From NCBI RefSeq assembly GCF_006345805.1, contig NW_021832375.1, positions 186,001 to 250,000 on the forward strand: DNA of 64,000 nucleotides. The letters are read 5' to 3'. Made by a program: the position numbers and the translations under genes. Below the pieces are notes generated by a model that saw only the letters and a program-made list of their open reading frames with translations, was not told the origin of the DNA and searched no databases. This stretch comes from Octopus sinensis. Taxonomy: Eukaryota. Of the stretch, positions 38,270-48,280 are shown in pieces (position 1 is the stretch's first letter; every line of letters starts with the position of its first letter).

Positions 38270-38434
38270 GCCTAGATGTTGGGGGTCTTTGTCTCCCCTT
38301 CGTAAATATATAAGGGCACAGGAAATGTGTCAAGGCCGACAGGAAGCGTCGATGCTTCCTAGGGCTAAACAGCGGTGGTGTAATTCCCTTACAGGACTGT
38401 CACGTTAAGTTGACAGTATACAACCACTCTAATA
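38259..38434 (+). repeat. Structured non-coding repeat downstream of the hammerhead
   Basis: Near-identical to 44988-45154. Hairpins GGAAGC/GCTTCC, TGTAA/TTACA and ACTGTCA/TGACAGT. Confidence 0.9.
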
Positions 38435-39730
38435 CTTATACAGAAAGACAAAAAAAAAAGATAAGGGGAATTTAGTAGTTATGGACCTATTACATACTTA
38501 CCATTATTCTGAAAGTTATTTAGCGGCCTCATAGGAAATGTAATGTATAGCTTCTGGAGAAGGAGAAATTATTAGCAGAGGAGTAAAAGTTATGCAGGAG
38601 TAAAACAAGGGAGAAATGCTGATATGCCGTATATTTTGAGTCTGATACGAAGTGAGGTACAAATAAGAATTAATTTAGCTGTTTGTTGGATACACTACAG
38701 TAAGGATATGATAATTTTCCGCATTATTGATTCTTGGAGTACCTGAGGACTTTGAAAGTCAATGAGAAAAAGTTTTTGAGAAAGAGCCACGAGATCGAGG
38801 GAAGTAGAATTAAAACACGGAAGTAAATCCTATGAACAGGAAGTGTGAAAATATCTTTTACTTGTTTCAGTCGTAAGAATGCGGCCATGTTGGGGCCCGG
38901 CCTTGAAGAATGAATCGACCTCAGTAGTAATTTTTTTTAAAGCATGGTAATTATTGTGTCGAATTCTTTTGCCGAACTGCTAAGTTACGGGGACGTAAAC
39001 ACACCAACACTGGTTGTCAAGGGGTGGTGACACACACGTACACGACGGGCTACTTTCATTTTCCGTCTATCAAATCCACTCAAAAGGCTTTGGTCGGCCC
39101 AAGGTTGTGGAAAAAAAACACTTGCCAATATTTCAGGGTGACTCGTTTATGCTCCATTTCTTTGCATTGTTTCCTTTGGCAAGTATACCGAGAACATTCA
39201 GGCATGTCTATGAACTTGTTAAAAACTAGAGTGAAATTCTATACATGAAAAACCTCAAATTTTATACTGGAATCATGAAGAATAGTTAGCAAGGATATTG
39301 GTATGTAATTTGGAATAAACCAGGGGGCAGTTTTAATTATGAATAACAGCTGAAACATTAAACTTGCTGACATAACGATAGCACAAGATATCATTAGATC
39401 ACTATGGAATGAAGAGGGAGAAGGTCTCCAAAGATTACATGAGAAGGAATTAGGAAGATACTCGAAATAAAACTAAATGGAAGGAATGTTATCAAACGAT
39501 AAATATCTGCCCTGTCGTTCTTGCTTCTGTTCTTGAATTCAATAAGACTGTTTCAGTGTCTTTTTGGATATTTCTAGCCGCTAATAGTATTCATTGCTCA
39601 CAGCTTACATGCATCGTTTTTTTTTTTCCAAACCCGATATCGGAGTTTTAATGGTGTCCCCTGTGTTTAACAAGTATTTACATCCCTTACATCTTTCTTG
39701 GTAAATAGAGCCTGACGATATTATTTTGCC

Positions 39731-40144
39731 GACGGCGAGTTGGCAGAAACGTTAGCACGCCGGGCGAAATGCGTAGCCGTATTTCGTCTGCCGTTACGTT
39801 CTGAGTTCAAGTTCTGCCGAGGTCGACTTTGCCTTTCATCATTTTGGGGTCGATTAAATAAGTACCAGTTACGCACTGGGGTCAATGTAATCGACTTAAT
39901 CCGTTTGTCTGTCCTCTCTGTGTTTAGCCCCTTGTGGGTAGTAAAGAAATAGGTATTTCGTCTGCTACTACGTTCTGAGTTCAAATTCCGCCGAGGTCGA
40001 CTTTGCCTTTCATCCTTTCGGGGTCGATAAATAAAGTACCAGTTACGCATTGGGGGTTGATGTAATCGACTTAAGCCGTTTGTCTGTCCTTGTTTGTTCC
40101 CTCTGTGTTTAGCCCCTTGTGGGTAGTAAAGAAATAGGTATTTC
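39731..40144 (+). mobile_element. SINE family 2 dimer
   Basis: Junction at 39946-39959. The copy ends GAAATAGGTATTTC. Confidence 0.92.
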
Positions 40145-41849
40145 TAATTTGTGATTAGTTGCAATATTTAGGCTTTGTATTGTTTATTATTGTTTGTTTA
40201 GTTAACGTTTATTTATTTATTTATAGGTGTCATGATGTGAACGTTCTTTTTTCTTTGCCTCTCTCTCACACACATTATATGAAAGAGAGATGGAGATGAG
40301 AGAGTTTTCAGTATGTGACTTCTTCGACTTCAAAGTTTGGAACTGAGATCGTTGGGCGGCGAAACAAATACAATAAATGGTTGTTTGATATTCTATCGAC
40401 TCATGATTTATCATTCTTGCGTATCAGTGAATTGGATTGAGGAAAATACGAGCATGATGCTGGTGATTTGTCCCGTTTATTCCTTGCTGTTTTGTTTTTA
40501 TCCCTCCGAACGGTTGGTGGTGAAATAATAATTGTTTTTATCCCTCAGCAAGGTTGATGGAAAAGAGAGAAGAATTTATCTTCAATGCAGAAACATGGCC
40601 CAAATAAGGCAACAAACTGGGTTCCATGAACGACAGCCAAGAAACCAGGTGTTCAACCGGCTGACAGATTCAGTCTACTACCCAGTTAGGCAACGGCAAG
40701 ATTTGAACTCAGAACGCAGCCGTAAGGAATATCCAACATTCTGTCCGATGCTCAACCATTTCGGTCGACAAGCTTTTTAAGACTCGTACTTAATTTATTA
40801 ACTATTGAAAGATGTAAAGTTGATTTCGGTGGGACTTAAAAGTGTTCATATTTACCTAAATCACATCCACACTGGCACAAAAATAGAGGGAATCCTTTTC
40901 CTTCGATACTACGCTGTATCAAGCGAACTAAAACCTTCAGTTTTACGTGATGAGCTTCCCTCCGTCAGAACTGATATTAAAAACTTAAGCAGGCAACCTA
41001 TTTCCAAATGTACGTTTTTAATCTTTAACATCCACTCAATGAGTAGCACGTTAATGAACCATTGATGGGCCTTGGTACCTTTTAAAGGATGTCCTGCACC
41101 TACAGACAGTTTCAACACGAGATCCAAGGGGAGAGAGTACAATAAATACTGTTGTAACATTACCCAACGTAGGAAAAAAAAAATTCTGATGTGTTTTTAG
41201 GAAACAAACGACTACCCTTGGTTACTGACATTTCTGATCATTGTGTTATTCAAGCTTTCTTGCATCTCAAAAAACCAGCAACAAGCCAAACTGTACGGTT
41301 AAGCGCATTGTAACAACAGGCTTCCAGGTTAGATTACATACCCCTCAATTCTTTTCTTTTACTGCTTAGTCAGGGCGAAAAAGGCAACACAAAAATCCTT
41401 TGCATGTAGTGGGCGTCTGTCAAGGAGGAACTTCTAACAAAATTGGAGACCTTATCTAAATGTTTTTAGCAGAGCCCCACTAAAGATCCTTAAAGACCTA
41501 GTAGTGGGGGTGCTAATACGGACAACAGATCGTGCCCACTATCCAGGAATTCTCGACACAAACAGCTGGACTAAATAGTTCAAATCGACTTCGACTTGTT
41601 CGTCAATCTTCCGTTCTGGACAAGGATTTTATTTCATCGACCTCGAACCGGATGAAAGTGACTGTTAATCTGGACGAGATTTGAATTCGAAAAAGGCAGA
41701 AAAACAAATAGAACAGGGTATTTTGTTCTGCACTCAATCTACTCCGTCTACACACATGCTTGAGAGACATGTGTGTGTATATTTGTGCAAAAAGAAAAGA
41801 GAAAAGGCCAGTTTCATGTTAAAAATTGAAAGCTATAGGTATTCCTTTA

Positions 41850-42700
41850 CTTGCTAAACTTCATGCTGGTTCAGCATGCTCAGTCTCCCTTTCATATTCG
41901 AGACGACGTCGTTCCATCAGCACGAGATCCTGATTAGAAAATTTCTCGACATGGAATTCAAATAAACGCCGCTACACGTTCGTCATTTACTTCATTTTAT
42001 CCAATTTAATGTACCCCGACTAACAATTCCACCATTTTGCATTGGCGCCCCCAAACTCAGAAAATATGCAAACCTAGATAGATTTCACTCCAAACAAAAT
42101 TCATTAACGGCTATTTTTTTTTACTTCCTGCCTCTATCAAATTATGTAAACTTTGAATATAGCAACAACCTCGCCGGGTCTGTAGGTTGAAGCAAGCCGG
42201 TTGTATTTGGAGGCAAAAAAAAAAAAAAGCTACATTATTTGTCAGTTTATCCAGATTTGATGGGTGACCTGAAGCATTTTATAAAAAGGCGCTATTTTCA
42301 AGATTCTAAGCTGACACTTTTTTGGAAGTTAGGCAGAAAGATGAAGCAAACCAAACTTTGATTAGTAGTCTAGTGACATCCAGATTTTTATTTAATTACT
42401 ATAAAACAATTATAAATAGCTAATGCTTTCATCTTTAGATCTTTTAAGGCATTTTCACCAAGTAGGAGATCCTACAATCTTTGGCAGCCTTGAATCCTGG
42501 TACAGTTTGTTTTAACCTTTTTTAGAAATCCAAGTTCGTTTTGACATTTGTTTCCAAAACAGACCCGTCTGATTCACTTAAAATTTGCTGCGGTGCGTTC
42601 TCTTCACCAATAATGTCTTCCAGTAATACTGGAAAAGAAACTATCAGCTTTGCTGGTACTATCAAATACACTTGTTAACTGCAAGTAATGAAATTTGGAG
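41850..42700 (-). pseudogene. Degraded Tigger/pogo transposase
   Basis: GLFWKQMSKRTWISK, VPGFKAAKD, LPPNTTGLLQP and EFHVEKFSNQDLVLME across frames. Confidence 0.75.
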
Positions 42701-43828
42701 ACGATCAGGCCAAAACAAAATTGTTATGAAGCTTTCAATAAGCATAAGTTTATTTAATCTATTGTAATAAAGTGTTCATTTGTAAGGTAGAAACAAATAC
42801 GACCTCAACTCATATTTCAAAGTATTTATTATATTGATTATATCATATTTGTATTTTGGAGCAATTAAGCACAGTGTAACGCATTCGGCTTTCGAGTGTC
42901 AGTATATAAATTCATGTTTTTCGATTTAGATTATGAAATGGAAAATCTTCTGCAACAAACTTTTTTTTTTTTTTAATTTTTGACATTAATTTCGTTATAA
43001 TTCAAATTAATGTTTAACAGCTTGATTAGTGTTTGAATAGGTATAAATTCATTAACCTATGCAGATGATTTACAAACATATGAGCTGCCGTATACATAGA
43101 TTTATATTCAGTTAAGTTTTCATATATCAGGGGCCTATAAAGGCAAATAAGGGTGCAATTCGTTAAAATTACACGTGAACGAATGAAAATATGCGAGCAT
43201 AGGTGCATATACTCTGGTTGGTACACATCCATACCTGCGATTACTCGCTTATATACGCGCATATATACGAGCGTGCGTGTAACCATTTTAGAAGTACGTT
43301 TCAAACGACGTCTGATTTCGACGCTTATTCTCATGTCGCTCGATATAAAGTCGAATGTTATCGCAATCTTTAATTTTCCTGATACTTTTTGACCACACAA
43401 CAAGGTTTTTTTCCTGTCGTGCATGACCAAACGCATGTTTGAATCAAATAGATATATTTGTCAAATACGTGTAACTTTTAATTCCAAACTAAATTTCTCG
43501 TGAGGCGTTTCAGCTGTACCTTCTATGATGCAGATGTTTCGATCCTCCTGAAAAAGACACAAATTTATCTTACAACATATAAAAGTGAGCGAACCAAAAT
43601 GTTAACTAATCGGACAAAGCATTTCGAAATAGAAAAACAGCCGTGTCGCTTGTGTTGCTGATGTCAATATCAAGACAAAAGTGGCAATCGTACCAAATTG
43701 GCAATCTTCATGGTCGCTCAACTTGCTCGAAATAAATATCCTAAAAGGACACCCAAAAGTCCTGTAAAGGAAAGGACACATTGTATAGTTTGAATGTAAA
43801 AGAAATCGGACTGATCACAGCTGGAATG

Positions 43829-44253
43829 GGATCTTTTCGGTTTGACCGGCAGTTTTTAAAAATAATTTCCACGTAACTAAACACTTTTAAACTTCGTATA
43901 CTGATAGAATATGTTTATAAAACATCTTTTTCTCTTGTCTTTATTGAGAAAATTCTATAGTTTGTAAGATATTTGTTGTTTTTTTCTTCAATCTCTGTAA
44001 TTTCAACCAATCAATGACATCTCTTGAGGTGAAAACATTCTGTGCCGTATGAATATGTCCCTCGTTTAAGAAACAGATTGGGTATATTTACATTTCTGAA
44101 GAAAAAAAAGATACCCTTCCCCCTACCCATAACTAACCCTGACTAACCCTAAAACAGATTGAAATGCAATAGATCGATACTAGGGTCATAATTATGGGTG
44201 ACAATTTCATATGACACCGCTAGAAAAAACTGCCGTTCAAACTGAAAAGATCC
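43829..44253. mobile_element. Complete 425-bp MITE with GGATC termini and 8-bp TSD (Merlin-like)
   Basis: TIRs GGATCTTTTCGGTTTGACCGGCAGTTTTT / AAAAAACTGCCGTTCAAACTGAAAAGATCC. TSD CTGGAATG at 43821-43828 and 44254-44261. The superfamily is inferred only from the GG ends and 8-bp TSD. Confidence 0.85.
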
Positions 44254-44551
44254 CTGGAATGTCTGCTCAGTATGACTCTAGGAAACGAGATTTCCCATAA
44301 GCAAACCCATAAAAACTTGTTAAATATGCCTACAGATTAATTAGTCGGACTCCAAGATTTCTAGAAAAACCTTAAATAGGCGCATGGACAGTGGTATGAT
44401 TAAAAAAATTGGAGTCACAGTCTCATGGGTGGTTACCACTTTAGAACACTGAGTGTGTATCACTAGATTTCTGGTTGGACTTGAACCAGCTTGCGCGTGA
44501 AATTAAAGAGGTGGTAACTGTGCGGAAATCTATCGATTGTGCTATAGCTCT

Positions 44552-44889
44552 AATTCGGCCTGTCACCTCAGTCGCAAATATGTATATACATTCACTTAGG
44601 TAATCTCGCTCAATGCACTTGTAAATATAATGTATTTTACGTGATATAATGTACTTAAATGTACTTACGTGATATAATGTACGTAAATATAATGTACTTT
44701 ACAGAATTGTGCAAAGATAAATGAATTCTACGAATCATGGAGGCAAAATGAAAAGATCATACATGAAAAGTACAGTTCAGAAAGCGCTGAAAGCAGACCT
44801 ATGTAGCTGAAAAAGTGATGTAACGTTATATGCAGATATTTTATAGTCACCGCCATTTTTGGTTTTCTTTTCAAATGGAAGTGGAATTT
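44552..44889. repeat. Helitron-free paralog of 32540-33129
   Basis: ...TATGCAGATATTTTATAGTCACCGCC... spans the position where the Helitron sits in the other copy. Confidence 0.85.
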
Positions 44890-44987
44890 AGCCTTGTCGC
44901 AAACTGTCACATCTTATGTGTTTGAAGATCAGATTTCACGACAAAAGAAGCTCTGAAATGCTCAGCTATTTAATCGATAACTCTTAA

Positions 44988-45154
44988 CAGGCCTAGCTGT
45001 TGGGGGTATTTGTCTCCCCTTCGTAAATATATAAGGACGCAGAAAATGTGTCAAGGCCGATTGGAAGCGTCGATGTTTCCGAGGGCTAAACAGCGGTGGT
45101 GTAATTCCCTTACAGGACTGTCACGTTAAGTTGACAGTATACAACCACTCTTAA
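44988..45154 (+). repeat. Second copy of the hammerhead-associated repeat, lacking the ribozyme
   Basis: Starts at CAGGCCTAG. ACTCTTAA is directly repeated at 44980-44987 and 45147-45154. Confidence 0.9.
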
Positions 45155-45404
45155 TAATTAGTTCTTTTTGAACTGTTATTTATATTCTGGTCGTGTAAGA
45201 AAGTTTATGAGAAAATGATCTGTGGTAATATTTTAGTTCATATTCGAAAACAAGGAAATTAAGACTATGTCAATACATAATATATCTCGTAAACTGTTTA
45301 AACAAGCGACCAATAATACAGTTACTTTTCAAATGATGTAGCACTCTACAATTCTTTGTAAAGACTAGAAAAGGACGTTGTTATTGCAGGCTAAATAAAA
45401 TATC

Positions 45405-45637
45405 TATTTCTTTACTACCCACAAGGGGCTAAACACAGAGAGGACTAACAAGGACAGACAAACGGATTAAGTCGATTATATCGACTCCAGTGCGTAACTG
45501 GTACTTAATTTATCGACCCCGAAAGGATGAAAGACAAAGTCGACCTCGGCGGAATTTGAACACAGAACGTAACGACAGACGCAATACGGCTACGCATTTC
45601 GCCCGGCGTGCTAACGTTTCTGCCAGCTCGCCGCCTT
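45405..45637 (-). mobile_element. SINE family 2 monomer
   Basis: 15-bp TSD GCTAAATAAAATATC at 45390-45404 and 45641-45655. Confidence 0.95.
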
Positions 45638-45932
45638 CAAGCTAAATAAAATATCGCTTAGCATTCCTCCTAAATGTTGTAGTCAAATTTAGAACATCAA
45701 TAGATTTAACCACACTATTTTACGACAAATGTAAATAGCTTTTTTTATAGCAATGAAACGAAACATATCAGAAGTTTAAAATAATATATTGCATGCATGT
45801 AAGAAGATATGGGGTTCAACAATGTAATAATCGCGTAAAAACATACACATTTTAATGTTTAAATAAAGCTCAGTCATTTTTGTTTAGCCCCAGGTGAAAC
45901 CGAATTAAGCAAACTTTTGGTAAAAAATTATC

Positions 45933-46350
45933 TATTTCTTTACTACCCACAAGGGGCTAAACACAGAGGACAAACAAGGACAGACAAACGGATTAAGTCG
46001 ATTATATCGACCCCAGTGCATATAACTGATACTTATTTAATCGACCCCGAAAGGATGAAAGGCAAAGTCGACCTCGGCGGAATTTGAACTCAGAACGTAA
46101 CGGCAGACGAAATACCTATTTCTTTACTACCCACAAGGGGCTAAACACAGAAGGAACAAACAAGGACAGACAAACAGATTAAGTCGATTATATCGACCCC
46201 AGTGCATAACTGGTACTTATTTAATCGACCCCGAAAGGATGAAAGGCAAAGTCGACCTGGGCGGAATTTCAACTCAGAACTTAAGCGGCAAACGAAATAC
46301 CGCTCAGCATTTCGCCCGGCGTCCTAACGTTTCTGCCAGATCACGGCCTT
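45933..46350 (-). mobile_element. SINE family 2 dimer
   Basis: Junction at 46109-46122. Imperfect TSD CTTTTG(G/A)TA(n)TTATC on both sides. Confidence 0.93.
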
Positions 46351-46807
46351 CTTTTGATAAAAAAAATTATCTGTTTAAGAGTTTCTAGCCCTGGATTTCA
46401 TGCATTTCTCATTTAAGCTGGTAGAAAGCGATTTAACGATGTAGCAATACTGTTTGAAAGTAACGGCTGTGTGGTGAAGTGGCAAGCTTTGCGACCACAT
46501 GGTTTCGGGTTCAGTTCCACTGCGCAACAACTTGGGCAAAATGTTGTACAAAGAAAGCAAAATAGTAATTATCTTTACATAAACACGATTGATTTCTACA
46601 ATTTCACCGATGCTAAGAGTAGCAAGGTTTTAAAGTTAATGAGAGCTAACATATATATAAAAAAAAACGCGCCGTGGTTCATACCAAACAATTTTAAACT
46701 AATTTTTCTTATATTACGCGAAATAATTCGTTATGTATAATCCTTTACGTTCATTAATTTCATGTTTCAGTAACAATGTCATTATGTACGAAACTTAATA
46801 TAGGTAA

Positions 46808-48280
46808 CTAAAAAGTAAAAAAAAAAAAAATTGCCAAGATGCGCCAATTTGAAACACGTTTCTTGGAGTGGGTATGAGGGGTCGCTCCCCTTGTTCTATA
46901 CAATATGTAATCATTTTTTCTTCCAATTTTTTCTACCTTGGCCATAGCTGCCAACACATTACTGAGTCTATTATTTGAGACCTTAATGGCCATAAATGAG
47001 TTCAAAGACTCTCTTTTTTTCTTTTGGTTTACTTTCGGAGGGGTGGTTTCAGTTTTTCTTTTTTTCCTAGTGATTTTTGACCACCCCTCCTCATTTTTCG
47101 TTTCCTCGCTCTTTGTTTCCTCCGCTACCTTCGCCGCCGGTTCCGCTGCCTCTGTCACCTACACACCTTCAGCCGTCCCTTCTGGGCCGCCCGGCGCTGC
47201 TTCTGGTGACACCTCTTCTGTTCTTCCACCTGGCTGAGCTGCTTCCTGCGGTTTGGGTTGGCATTCTGCCCTTACATGCCCTTTCTTACCGCAGCCGAAG
47301 CACCTCGGCTTTCTGCCCTCTACAAAGACTGTGACTCTTTCCTCCTCACTGATTTTCAGCGTCTCCGGAATCTCTTCCAGGGTTTGTATCTCTGTCTGGA
47401 TGGCTATCGTTATACGCTGCCCTTTCCAATTTTCTTCCTCCTCTACTGTGGCCAGGAGGATGTTTATTTTTTCCTCCAGGCCTACCATAACTGCTGCCAC
47501 CAGAGATGTGGCGTCCGCTTCTGGCGTCCATTGTTATCCTTGAGGTTCTTTTGCCTCTATACAGGGGGAGGAGAACAATATTCTCCGCTTTCATGGATTC
47601 GATGGACAGCTTTTTGGCTACTTCCTCCGTTTCAAATCTCACTTCCACTGTGCCGTATTTCTTCCCGCGATTGATGTACGTAATCCTATCCCATATCGGC
47701 TTTAGGCAGTTTTCTATTTTTTTCTCCTCTATTCTTTGTATAGACTTACTTGTGATGTTGAAAGTCTTGTATATTATTCTTTTTTTATCAATCTCTTCTT
47801 GCTTTTGGGCATTCTTAACCACCGTTACTCCTGTGCCCTCTTTTATCAAACAGTCTGCGTATTTCTGCAGGTTTTCAGTGTTAATTTTTTAAATTTTCTT
47901 TCCAGCTACTTCAGAAAATTTTCTAGCTGGTGCTGGGGTTTCTTTTTTCTTCGGCGACACCGCCCGTGATCCTGCATCACTTGACACGGGTGAATAGGAG
48001 ATGGGGGAGTCCATCTCCGAAAACTGGCTTAACAAGCCTTTAGCACAACCGCGACAAAAAGTTTTTGGTTTTGCAAGCCTCAAATGCAGCAATAATGATA
48101 GTTTTCCCCCACGGAGGGGGGAACACAAAGCCGTCGCACGAAGGCTGATTACAATAATTGTACAACAACAGACAATACAGACAAAGTCAATCAGAAACAC
48201 AGTAGAATATAACAGAGGAAAATATAATGACTCACTACACACTCAATGAAGACTGGATTGTTAGTGGTGTTGCAAATGAT
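46808..48280 (-). mobile_element. ORF1-only element member B (pseudogenised gag-like ORF)
   Basis: ATG at 48014, stop at 47889-47891, then RGKKYGTVEVRF and, after a frameshift, VTVFVEGRKPRCFGCGKKGHVRAEC. Its 5' leader is shared with member A. No recognisable tail. Confidence 0.8.

Larger units (their letters stand above)
37560..39515 (+). pseudogene. Old, fragmented R4/Dong-like non-LTR RT relic split by later insertions
   Basis: PNAERRNFWSDI...HNMETNW (~37585-37660); RPITYLPLF*KLFSGLI...INLAVCWIHYSK (~38480-38710); KDIGM*FG and KLNGRNVIK (~39285-39500). Many stops and frameshifts. Confidence 0.6.

Noticed and set aside
38340-38434. Twister or HDV-like ribozyme in the 3' part of the hammerhead repeat
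   Set aside because: Helices are present, but P1 (HDV) and the conserved loop residues (twister) could not be assigned in both copies.
40805-41160. Overlapping 83-86 aa ORFs with nearby splice-like sites
   Set aside because: No frame stays open between the candidate acceptor and donor, and no motif was recognised.
43026-43436. 136-aa minus-strand ORF and a plus-strand YADD string near 43055
   Set aside because: No other RT motifs nearby, so it is compatible with chance.
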